Of a stretch of DNA of 64,000 nucleotides, positions 42,857 through 51,081 are shown piece after piece; position 1 is the stretch's first letter; every line of letters begins with the position of its first letter. The DNA is taken from contig CALGPJ010000012.1 of assembly GCA_937960645.1 (NCBI GenBank), positions 2,702 through 66,701 on the forward strand, in the 5' to 3' direction. Source of the DNA: an uncultured Spirochaetia bacterium. Lineage in GTDB: Bacteria > Spirochaetota > Spirochaetia > JABEVK01. The notes under the pieces are model-generated. The model was not told the origin of the DNA and ran no database searches. It saw nothing but the letters and a program-made list of their open reading frames with translations. The position numbers were made by a program, and so were the translations under genes.

Positions 42857-43991
42857 AAATCGATGGGCTGCCCTTGGCCTCATCGGCCTGGTCCTGGTTG
42901 CGTGTCAAAACAATCTCCTCTTCCAGCCCGTTGCGCCAACAGATGTTGAAGAAACCCTGAAGGCGGTGAAGCTTCGGGGAATATGGGTCATCGGTGGTCA
43001 GAATACCCCGTACAACCTGGGGTACCCCACCGCGGCCGGCGTCATCGCTCAGGTGGACCTCTACGATCCCGAGACGAACACCTGGTACCCCGACATCACC
43101 CGCCTGCCACTGCCGGTCACGTTTGCCGGTGCCGCCAGCTACGGGGGTAAGATCTACGTTTCCGGGGGCTGGGATTCCCGCGGCGTCGTTCGCAATGAGC
43201 TACAAATCTTTGACGTGATTCAAAATCGCTGGAGCTTCGGTGCGATCATGCCGGAGCCCAGGGCCTACCACGACCTCATCCTTCTGGACGAATATTTTTA
43301 CGCCTCCGCCGGCGTCAACACGAACCACGATGCCACATTCAATCCTCGATATCAGTACTTCCGCTACGATCCTTCCCGAAACAGCTGGGCACCCCGGCTG
43401 GCTTTTGGGAATATCAACAGCACCATAACCCTTGCAGGGGGCATCATCCGCGCCATGGGCGGACGTAGTACCAGCACTGCCATCCAGAACTATCACGATG
43501 GTTACATCGCCACGCCAACTTCATCCACGGACGCCACGACAACCGGTACGACAGAAATTTCCATTGCCCGGATGTTCGGAGGGGCCGTATCGCTCCTCGG
43601 TTCCGACCTGGCTGGGTACATCCTCTATTTCGGAGGCATCAATGCCAACCTGGGAGGAACCTGGCGAGCCTTCGTGTTTCACGACCTGACATCCAACAAC
43701 AGCATTCTGACGAACACCATCTTTTACCTGAAGGCTCCTTACGAGGCCCCCTCCAACTGGACCGCTGCCCCGGCCAGCCTCAACCAGGCCCTGGCCTTTC
43801 ACCGTGCCATCACCTACAAGAGCGGCGTGTACGTTATGGGCGGTTCGAAAAACCTTCCCGGCCCCATCGCCACCGAGGAAAATTGGTTTTTCAACCTCAG
43901 CAACTTCCCTGCGGCCCTTCCCCCCCCTGTGGCTAAATCTCCCATGCCGGTGGCCCGATACGGCCACCAACTCGTGAGGGTAGTCGAATGA
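42846..43991 (+). CDS. Kelch-type beta-propeller lipoprotein, paralog 1
   Basis: Lipobox LVLVAC followed by QNNLLF. Kelch-like blades: GKIYVSGGWDS, LQIFDVIQNRWS, YDPSRNSW. C-terminal PMPVARYGH. Confidence 0.75.
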   Translation: MVFRNRWAALGLIGLVLVACQNNLLFQPVAPTDVEETLKAVKLRGIWVIGGQNTPYNLGYPTAAGVIAQVDLYDPETNTWYPDITRLPLPVTFAGAASYGGKIYVSGGWDSRGVVRNELQIFDVIQNRWSFGAIMPEPRAYHDLILLDEYFYASAGVNTNHDATFNPRYQYFRYDPSRNSWAPRLAFGNINSTITLAGGIIRAMGGRSTSTAIQNYHDGYIATPTSSTDATTTGTTEISIARMFGGAVSLLGSDLAGYILYFGGINANLGGTWRAFVFHDLTSNNSILTNTIFYLKAPYEAPSNWTAAPASLNQALAFHRAITYKSGVYVMGGSKNLPGPIATEENWFFNLSNFPAALPPPVAKSPMPVARYGHQLVRVVE

Positions 43992-45133
43992 AAAGGCACC
44001 TGTCCATTTTTCTGGTTCTCCTGGCCTCCTGTCAGGGCAATCTGCTCTTCGAACCGTACCCAAAGGACGCCCCCGGGGACCCGCGCCCCCTCGCGGCGCT
44101 GAAGCGGGGTTTTTGGGTAGTGGGCGGCCAAAGCTCCCACTACACGGGCACCTCCTTTCCCTTCGTTGCGAACCTGCCCGCCCAGATTGACGTGTTCGAC
44201 CCCGAAACAGAGACCTGGTACCCCAACGTCACCCAGCTTCCCACACCCGTCAGCTTTGCGGGGGTGGCCGGATACAAGGGGAAGCTCTATGTGGTCGGCG
44301 GCTGGGACAGCCAGGGGGCCGTTCAGCAAAAACTCCAAATTTATGATTTGATGAGCGACACCTGGACGCAAGGGGCCGTGTTGCCGGCTTTGAGGGCTGG
44401 CCTGGAATTGGTGGGCATCGAGGGCGATTATCTTTATGCCACCAACGGGTATAATACCAACATCGACGGGGCCTACGCCAATCAAAATCTCTGGTATATG
44501 TATCAAATCAATAGCAACACCTGGCTGCCGAGGATCAACCACGGGGCGGTGGACCAGGCCGTTCTTTCGTTTCGCGGCATCATTCACACCGTAGGAGGCA
44601 GAACGGCCGTAGCGACCCTCGTCAATGCCCACGACGGCTACCTGACCTGGCCGACCTCTTCCACCGACACAGCCACCACCACAACGGCAGAAATCCCCGC
44701 TCCTTCCGTTCGCGCCGGGTCCAGCCTCACCATTCTTTCTTACACCAATGGCATGCCCCTGCTGATTCTGTCCGGGGGCATGTCTGCGAATCCGACGGGA
44801 ACGCCCCTGGCCTACATCTTCCGCAATATAACAGGGGGAACGCTGACCAACCAGCTCCATTTTTTGCCCCCGCCCTACGAGGCGGGAAGCTGGACCCTCC
44901 TAACCCCTACCTTGCCCGCTACCCTGATGTACCACCAAAGCCTGGCTTACAAAACCCGGCTGTATGTGTTTGGGGGGGCATCGGCAGTGTTATCGCCCTC
45001 GGGTCTCGACACCGTCTACCGTTTCGATTTGAGCAACCTGACCAGTGTGCCCGCCCCTGCGACCCTTGTCCCCATGCCGGTGGGCCGTTTTGGACACCGG
45101 GTGGTTCGAATTTCGGAATTTCTGGAGGATTGA
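43988..45133 (+). CDS. Kelch-type beta-propeller lipoprotein, paralog 2
   Basis: Lipobox LLASC followed by QGNLLF. Motifs: AQIDVFDPETETWYP, GKLYVVGGWDS, LQIYDLMSDTW. C-terminal PMPVGRFGH. The start overlaps the paralog 1 stop (ATGA). Confidence 0.75.
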   Translation: MKRHLSIFLVLLASCQGNLLFEPYPKDAPGDPRPLAALKRGFWVVGGQSSHYTGTSFPFVANLPAQIDVFDPETETWYPNVTQLPTPVSFAGVAGYKGKLYVVGGWDSQGAVQQKLQIYDLMSDTWTQGAVLPALRAGLELVGIEGDYLYATNGYNTNIDGAYANQNLWYMYQINSNTWLPRINHGAVDQAVLSFRGIIHTVGGRTAVATLVNAHDGYLTWPTSSTDTATTTTAEIPAPSVRAGSSLTILSYTNGMPLLILSGGMSANPTGTPLAYIFRNITGGTLTNQLHFLPPPYEAGSWTLLTPTLPATLMYHQSLAYKTRLYVFGGASAVLSPSGLDTVYRFDLSNLTSVPAPATLVPMPVGRFGHRVVRISEFLED

Positions 45134-45134
45134 C

Positions 45135-46268
45135 ATGAAACGATGGAGTTCTCTCGTGTTGCTACTGGCGCTGTTGGGATGTAACGGAAACCTGCTCTAT
45201 GTCCCCTTCGAGGAGCCCGAGCCCCTGGCGGTCACACCCCCAACCTGGGAGGAGCTAGTGAACCGGGGGATCTGGATAGTGGGCGGGCAGCAGGCCAACT
45301 ACACCAGTCCGAACCTGGTAGCTCAGATCGACCTCTTCGATCCGATAACCGAAACCTGGTATCCAAGCGTGACCACCCTGCCGACGCCCGTCACCTTTGC
45401 CGGTGTGGCCGCCCACAAAGGAAAGATCTACGTGGCCGGGGGCTTCAACGCAACCGGAGCCAACACCAATGCCCTGCAAATCTTCGACACCGTAACCCAG
45501 ATCTGGACCACCGGCGCCAACCTGCCTGCCGTGCGCGCGAATTTCGATCTGGTGCCCTCGGCCGGCTACCTTTACGGGACAGCGGGTACCACAGCGGCAA
45601 ATTACAACACGGCCTTCGCTAATGCCACTAACTGGGTTTTTTACAATACATCCACCAATGCCTGGACGGGCCCTACCGCCTTCACGACCTTCTACGAATC
45701 CGGAATGGCCCTCCTTGTCTACGGCCTGATCCATCAATTCGGCGGCCGCAGCTCCAACACAAATATTGCCAGCACCCATTTTGGCTTCATCCCCAATGCC
45801 GCCACCGCAGTGGAGACCACCGCTACCGCCGAGTATCCCATCAGCCGTGTTGGCTCCGCCGTTGGTTTTTACGCGAATTCTCTGGGTACAGGTTACATCC
45901 TGGTGGCAGGGGGAATCAACGCCAACCTGACCGGCACCCCCACGGCCTACATCTTCAATGGTAACACGGCCAACCAAACCATTTTGACCAACCTGATCTG
46001 GTACCTCCGTGCGCCGTTCGAGGCGCCGGCCGCCTGGGTGGCCGCGGGCGCCTCCCTTCCCTTCCCAGTGGCCATGATCCAGGGAGCCGTTGCGAACAAC
46101 AAGTTCTACATGTTTGGCGGCACAAAGTCCCTGCCTACCCCCAACGCCACCGACGAGTCCTGGGTGCTCGATCTCAAAGGCTTTCCCAACGCGCCCACGA
46201 GTATCCAGGCCCTGCCGCCGATGCCCGTTGCGCGATTCGGTCACAAGGCCGTCATGATGGTTCAATAA
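45135..46268 (+). CDS. Kelch-type beta-propeller lipoprotein, paralog 3
   Basis: Start at ATG 45135, with GGAGGA upstream. Lipobox ALLGC followed by NGNLLY. Motifs: AQIDLFDPITETWYP, GKIYVAGGFN, LQIFDTVTQIW. C-terminal PMPVARFGH. Confidence 0.75.
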   Translation: MKRWSSLVLLLALLGCNGNLLYVPFEEPEPLAVTPPTWEELVNRGIWIVGGQQANYTSPNLVAQIDLFDPITETWYPSVTTLPTPVTFAGVAAHKGKIYVAGGFNATGANTNALQIFDTVTQIWTTGANLPAVRANFDLVPSAGYLYGTAGTTAANYNTAFANATNWVFYNTSTNAWTGPTAFTTFYESGMALLVYGLIHQFGGRSSNTNIASTHFGFIPNAATAVETTATAEYPISRVGSAVGFYANSLGTGYILVAGGINANLTGTPTAYIFNGNTANQTILTNLIWYLRAPFEAPAAWVAAGASLPFPVAMIQGAVANNKFYMFGGTKSLPTPNATDESWVLDLKGFPNAPTSIQALPPMPVARFGHKAVMMVQ

Positions 46269-46295
46269 ACGGAGTACTCAAAAGGAGTTTGCACG

Positions 46296-48368
46296 ATGAA
46301 AAGAATGATGTTGGTTTTGGCCTCACTGATCCTTCTTCCAGCCCTCGGAGCCCAGGAGCTGAGCGCCACGATTACACAAGCACGAAGCCTGGTCCAGGAT
46401 AAAAATGATTATCCCGCCGCCGAGGGACTTTTGAACGGTGTCTCTTCCCAGGACGCCCGATCCGTATCCGACGCATTCACGGAAATCGGCGTTCTGGAAT
46501 ACAACCGGCGCAATTTCCGAAACGCTTACAGCGCCTTCCGGGCCGCCATTCGACTCCAGAGTACCAATCAGACGGCGACGCAATACTATCTACGCATGCG
46601 CCGAGAGATGGATGTTAACAATCTGAAAAACGAATATGTCCCGCCGGCGCCTCAGGTTACCCAGACCCAACCCAGCACCGAAACCACGTCCTCCTCTTCC
46701 CGGTCCCCAGAAACCCGCCAACCTCCAACCGACAGTATCAGCTCCGAAGAGCGTCAAGCCGAAGCCGCTCGCCAAGTTGAAGCCGCTCGCCAAGCAGAGG
46801 CTGCTCGTCAAGCTGAAATCGCACGTCAGATCGAGGCCGCTCGTCAGGCGGCCGAGATCGAAAAACGCAACGCGGAACTCCAGGCCATGATGGCCCAACT
46901 CAAGGCAGCCGAAGACCGGCTTAACGCCGCTCAGACCAGTGTTACCTCTTCCCAGCGAGAAAACGAAATGTTGCGCCGTCAGGTGGAGGCCCAGCGGCAA
47001 CAGGTCGATGCCCAGCGGCAGATGGTGGAGCGCCTGATTGCGCAGCAAGCCTCTCGGACGCAAACGGCACCTGCCGCCACCGCCAACAACGCCCAGCTTG
47101 CCGAGGCCATCCGAGCCCTGTCCGAGGCGGCCCAACGCCCGGTCAAGGTGGAGACCGATCCGACGATTCTGCAACTTTTGAATGAGATTAAAAATGAACG
47201 TCCCAGCACCGCATCGAGCTTCGATCCTTTTGCCCCCCCTCTGCTGTACTTCACCATCCTCATCGGCGTCGTGGTCCTGGTACTTTTGGTTTTCCTGGGA
47301 TTATTCGTTGCCGCCCTCCTCCGTGCCCGTCAATCGCGTGGCTCCCAGGAGTACAAGGGGTCGTATGGCATCATCCCGGTGGGCTTGGAGAATAACCCGG
47401 CCAGCGTGTTCCTGCCCGCATCGGCCAACCGCGGTCTGATCGAGGGCGATCAATCGGGGGGCAATCCCGCTGACAGCATTGAAATTCAACGATTGATGTT
47501 ACGCGCCGACCATCTGCAGAAGATGTACGACGACGCGAGAAGCGGCAAACTGAGCTGGGACACCATCCGGCGTTACGTGGATGACCTTGACAAGGCCCTG
47601 CGCCACGACATCCTCAAGGTGGTCGAGACACGGCTCAACAGCGGCATCCTTTTTTCTACCGACGCGGCGCTCTCGGTTCTCTTTCCCTTCCTGAGCGATT
47701 TTGATGCCTACATCAGCGCCAAGGCCGAAGAATTGGGTGCGGCCGCTCTCAAGAACGGCCGAGGTCCCCGAAGTTCCCGCCAGGAGCAGGGGCCGTTCAG
47801 CCTGGAAGCCCTGACGCAAATCCCCAGAAAACTTGCCGAGGTGACCAAAAAAATGGATCGAAGCCTCATCACCGCCCAGCTGGCCTACGGCCTGGCTTTG
47901 AAAATTGGTCTTTCCAACGAAGAAAGCGAGATGATTTACAGAGGCGCTCTCGCCCACGACGCCGGCTATTTGGTTCTCGATCCCAGCAAATTGCAACGGA
48001 TCATCTCCAAAGCGGAAATCACCGACGAGGAGTGGAAGTTCCTGCAATCGCACGTCGAGAAGGGGATGGAATACTTCAACGGAGCCACGGTTCCACCCGT
48101 TATCCGCGATTCCATTCTTTACCACCATGAACGGAACGACGGAAGCGGCTACCCCCGGGGACTCAAGAAAGAGGAAATACCGCTTTGTGCCAAAGTCATC
48201 GGGATTTCCGAAACCTTCGCCACCCTGATCAGTCCCCGCTCGTACCGAGAAAAACACGAAATTAACAGCGCCATGGCCATCATCCGAGACGGGGCCCGCC
48301 GCAAGTTCGATCCCGATTTGGTCAGCGCGCTCGAGGAAATCGTCCGGGTGAATGGGAGCGACCTATGA
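46296..48368 (+). CDS. bitopic HD-GYP phosphodiesterase with periplasmic TPR-like head and long coiled coil
   Basis: Signal peptide, a TPR-like region, an S/T/P-rich linker and a Q/R/A/E-rich coiled coil. TM helix YFTILIGVVVLVLLVFLGLFVAALL. Cytoplasmic HD-GYP motifs: ALAHDAGY, HVEKG, YHHERNDGSGYPRGL. Confidence 0.85.
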   Translation: MKRMMLVLASLILLPALGAQELSATITQARSLVQDKNDYPAAEGLLNGVSSQDARSVSDAFTEIGVLEYNRRNFRNAYSAFRAAIRLQSTNQTATQYYLRMRREMDVNNLKNEYVPPAPQVTQTQPSTETTSSSSRSPETRQPPTDSISSEERQAEAARQVEAARQAEAARQAEIARQIEAARQAAEIEKRNAELQAMMAQLKAAEDRLNAAQTSVTSSQRENEMLRRQVEAQRQQVDAQRQMVERLIAQQASRTQTAPAATANNAQLAEAIRALSEAAQRPVKVETDPTILQLLNEIKNERPSTASSFDPFAPPLLYFTILIGVVVLVLLVFLGLFVAALLRARQSRGSQEYKGSYGIIPVGLENNPASVFLPASANRGLIEGDQSGGNPADSIEIQRLMLRADHLQKMYDDARSGKLSWDTIRRYVDDLDKALRHDILKVVETRLNSGILFSTDAALSVLFPFLSDFDAYISAKAEELGAAALKNGRGPRSSRQEQGPFSLEALTQIPRKLAEVTKKMDRSLITAQLAYGLALKIGLSNEESEMIYRGALAHDAGYLVLDPSKLQRIISKAEITDEEWKFLQSHVEKGMEYFNGATVPPVIRDSILYHHERNDGSGYPRGLKKEEIPLCAKVIGISETFATLISPRSYREKHEINSAMAIIRDGARRKFDPDLVSALEEIVRVNGSDL
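46758..46847 (+). repeat. five in-frame 18-bp tandem repeats encoding (A/V/I)E(A/I)ARQ
   Basis: AEAARQ VEAARQ AEAARQ AEIARQ IEAARQ. The first two units share 15 identical consecutive nucleotides (gaagccgctcgccaa). Confidence 0.9.
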
Positions 48369-49108
48369 ACAGTCCGGCCATCTACGGAATACTCAACAAT
48401 CTGGAAAAGGACGAATTCCGGATGATTTTGGAGGAATTAGCCCACCACCTGGCCCTGCACGAGGGGGTCCATCCCCTGATTGTGGATCCCTACCAGACCC
48501 TGCCAACTGGAGAGTGGGCCCCCCATGCGACAGGTTCGTTGAAAAAGCACGTCAAAAAAACTCTGGGGGGGAGGATTCCCCTTCTCGGGCAGGAACAAAT
48601 CCTGGCGCTGAGCAAGTCAAAATCGCGGGAGCCCTGGGAAATGTTCCAGCAGGCGGTGAGTTTTTTCGTGTTGAAGCCCGATCAACTCAACAGCCTCCCC
48701 GAAGCCCCCTTTCCCGTGATCTTTATCGTGAAACCTGAAAGCGACAGCACATCCTTCCTTTTCGAGTGCTTCAACTCCATCAAAAAGCGATGGGCGACTT
48801 TGCCCCCCTGCCCCACCGTGATCTGGAACAAGGATCACATCGAGAAGGCGGCGGAAACCTTTGTGGAAATTGTCTCGGAGCTGACGAAGGTCACAAAGGT
48901 CAGGCCGCCCTTCGAGTTTCTGGGAAACCTGGCCGTATCCCTGGAAAAGGTTCAGGTCATCCGAAACCGCCCGGGTCTGTCCCTGATCGAAACCTTTCCT
49001 GAGGACCAGTTTCACGGCCAGATCCGCCGGCTGTTTCGAGGATTGTCCCGAACCCCGGCCGTTTTTTCAACAAAAATCGTGGAATCTTTGAAGGAAACGT
49101 CCGCTTAG
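48365..49108 (+). CDS. hypothetical protein, possibly a P-loop-less ParA/MinD-fold protein
   Basis: The ATG overlaps the HD-GYP stop (ATGA). The N-terminus AIYGILNNLEKDEF...LAHHLALHEGVHPLIVDP aligns loosely to the MinD strand-P-loop-helix-strand unit but lacks GKGGxGKT. Confidence 0.5.
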   Translation: MNSPAIYGILNNLEKDEFRMILEELAHHLALHEGVHPLIVDPYQTLPTGEWAPHATGSLKKHVKKTLGGRIPLLGQEQILALSKSKSREPWEMFQQAVSFFVLKPDQLNSLPEAPFPVIFIVKPESDSTSFLFECFNSIKKRWATLPPCPTVIWNKDHIEKAAETFVEIVSELTKVTKVRPPFEFLGNLAVSLEKVQVIRNRPGLSLIETFPEDQFHGQIRRLFRGLSRTPAVFSTKIVESLKETSA

Positions 49109-49120
49109 GGATTTCACGAC

Positions 49121-49468
49121 CTAAAAAGGGGACTCTTTCATGTCGGAAAGGTAGGAAACAGTCGATTCTAGGACGCGCCGAGCCTCCTCCCAATTTTTCT
49201 TAGCCAGGTCCCTGTGACCCAGCCGCGCTTGATCTTCGGCCGCCTGAAGGAGTGTCACAGCCGGGGTTGCGGCAAGATTACGACAGGCGCCCTTGATCTT
49301 ATGGATGCTGTCCTCGATCTCGAATGTATCGTTGCGATCAAAAGATCTGAGAATGTCCTGGTACATCTCCTCGTAGGATTCCAGGAAAAGTCGAACCAAA
49401 CTGAGGTAGAGTTTTCCATCCCCGGCGCAGATCTCGCGAGCCCGGGCGGCGTCGATCCATTCCGTCAT
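49121..49468 (-). CDS. Hpt (histidine phosphotransfer) domain protein
   Basis: Four-helix-bundle-sized protein (115 aa) with the IEDSIHKIKGACRNLAA phosphohistidine motif. Confidence 0.7.
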   Translation of the reverse strand: MTEWIDAARAREICAGDGKLYLSLVRLFLESYEEMYQDILRSFDRNDTFEIEDSIHKIKGACRNLAATPAVTLLQAAEDQARLGHRDLAKKNWEEARRVLESTVSYLSDMKESPF

Positions 49469-49503
49469 ACCCCATATCTTACCACGACGGTCTCCATTTG
49501 CAA
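49469..49503 (-). promoter_or_regulatory. extended -10 promoter abutting the hpt ATG (predicted leaderless)
   Basis: The minus strand reads TTGCAA-N16-TGgTAAGAT-atggggt-ATG. Confidence 0.5.
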
Positions 49504-49532
49504 CATTTCACGCTAAATGCTATAGTCTCTCC
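49498..49532 (+). promoter_or_regulatory. sigma-70-type promoter abutting the pheS ATG (predicted leaderless)
   Basis: TTGCAA-N17-TATAGT-ctctcc-ATG. There is no SD. Confidence 0.55.
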
Positions 49533-51080
49533 ATGCTTCAACCAGACCTTCTGAAGTCCCTTCACCCTTTGGAAATCAAAGTGTTGCTCTCCGGGCTGGA
49601 GGTTCTCGACGCCCCCCTCATCGTGGAAAAGCTCGATTACAAGCTCGGTCACGCGCTGCAGTCCCTGAGCTGGCTCAGCATGAAAAACCTTGTCCAGGAA
49701 ACCGATCGCAAGACCCTGCGTTTTTACGAGCTTACCGATCTGGGGCGGGTTTGGCTGGCGGAAGGCTTCCCCGAAGCTAAACTGTTGCGGGCCGTGGCTT
49801 CGGGAAAACGGCTACCCCTCAGTGCCTGGACTGGGGAGCTGAATCTCGAACAAAGTGAGCTCGGCAGTGCCTTCGGGAGGCTGAGCAAGGAAGGTTTTTT
49901 GGGCCTGGATTCCGAGAAGAACGTCATTCCCCTCCAAACCGAAGAGCCCGCCTGGTTTGCAATTGTCCGCCACCTCCTCGACAGGGCCAGTAAACAGGAC
50001 CTGCTCGCGGAAACCGATCTCGGTCCCGAGGAGCTTTCGCTGATGCAGGCCATGGCACGAAAACGCGGCGCTTCGGGGGCAGCGTTCAAGGTGGTGGAGC
50101 GCGACGAGGTTCGGTACCAGCTGACCGACCTGGGCCGTGAAGTGCGCGAGCAGCTGCGTTCCAGCGGCCTGAGCGGTGAGGAGGCCGGGGCGCTCACACC
50201 CGAGATGCTCCGCAGCGGTGAATGGAAAAAACTCACCTTTCGGGCGTACAACATTCGGGTACCACCTACCCGGGTGCTCATGGGCCGGAAGAACCCCTAC
50301 ACCGAATTTCTGCGTCAGGTCAAGGACAAGCTGGTCAGCCTGGGCTTCGAGGAATTCGACGGTCCCCTGGTGGAAACCGAGTTTTGGAACGGGGACGCCC
50401 TCTTCATGCCGCAGTTTCACTCCGCCCGGGACATCCACGATGTTTACTACATCCGCGAACCCACCCATGCCCGTCACATCGAGGAACCCTGGTTGAGCCA
50501 GGTAGCCGCCGCCCACGAAAACGGGGGCGGTACCGGAAGCCGCGGCTGGGGATACCGCTTCGACCACGACTTTACCCGTCGGCTCATCCTGCGCAGCCAG
50601 GGAACCGTGCTGAGTGCCAAGCAGCTGCCCAGGGCCAGGGTGCCGGGTAAGTACTTCGGGGTGGTCCGCTGTTTTCGTTACGATCAGGTGGATGCCACCC
50701 ATGGCGCGGACTTCTACCAAACCGAAGGAATCGTGTTGGGAGAGGAAGTGAACCTTCGGACCCTGCTGGGCCTGCTCGAAATGTTCGCCGTGGAGGTGGC
50801 CGGCGCCACCGACGTCAAGTACGTGCCCGGATACTTCCCCTTCACCGAGCCGAGCATCGAGGTGCACATCAGGCACCCGGTCCTGGGATGGTTTGAACTG
50901 GGCGGATCGGGCATCTTCCGCCCCGAGGTGACACGCCCCCTGGGTGTGGAGGTGCCGGTCCTGGCCTGGGGACTGGGGATCGACCGTATGGCCCTGATGC
51001 AGCTGGGACTCAACGACCTGCGCGAGCTTTTCACGCCCGACATCGAAAAAGTGCGCCTGCGCCGGGCCCAAGGAGCCTGA
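49533..51080 (+). CDS. pheS: phenylalanine--tRNA ligase alpha subunit, archaeal/eukaryal type
   Basis: 515 aa with a long N-terminal extension. Class II core: FMPQFHSARD, FRYDQVDATH, GGSGIFRPEV. Confidence 0.9.
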   Translation: MLQPDLLKSLHPLEIKVLLSGLEVLDAPLIVEKLDYKLGHALQSLSWLSMKNLVQETDRKTLRFYELTDLGRVWLAEGFPEAKLLRAVASGKRLPLSAWTGELNLEQSELGSAFGRLSKEGFLGLDSEKNVIPLQTEEPAWFAIVRHLLDRASKQDLLAETDLGPEELSLMQAMARKRGASGAAFKVVERDEVRYQLTDLGREVREQLRSSGLSGEEAGALTPEMLRSGEWKKLTFRAYNIRVPPTRVLMGRKNPYTEFLRQVKDKLVSLGFEEFDGPLVETEFWNGDALFMPQFHSARDIHDVYYIREPTHARHIEEPWLSQVAAAHENGGGTGSRGWGYRFDHDFTRRLILRSQGTVLSAKQLPRARVPGKYFGVVRCFRYDQVDATHGADFYQTEGIVLGEEVNLRTLLGLLEMFAVEVAGATDVKYVPGYFPFTEPSIEVHIRHPVLGWFELGGSGIFRPEVTRPLGVEVPVLAWGLGIDRMALMQLGLNDLRELFTPDIEKVRLRRAQGA

Positions 51081-51081
51081 A

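Noticed and set aside
43814-46265. Minus-strand ORFs 43814..44860 and 45255..46265
   Set aside because: They are antisense to the Kelch paralogs, whose lipoboxes, repeats and SDs support the plus-strand reading.
42846-46268. Three similar tandem genes as a mobile or recently duplicated element, or a DGR target
   Set aside because: The paralogs have diverged to only about a third identity. There are no flanking repeats, transposase, reverse transcriptase or template repeat.
46758-46847. Tandem 18-bp repeats as a CRISPR-like or non-coding VNTR array
   Set aside because: The repeats are contiguous with no spacers, in frame, and encode a coiled-coil hexapeptide inside a long ORF.
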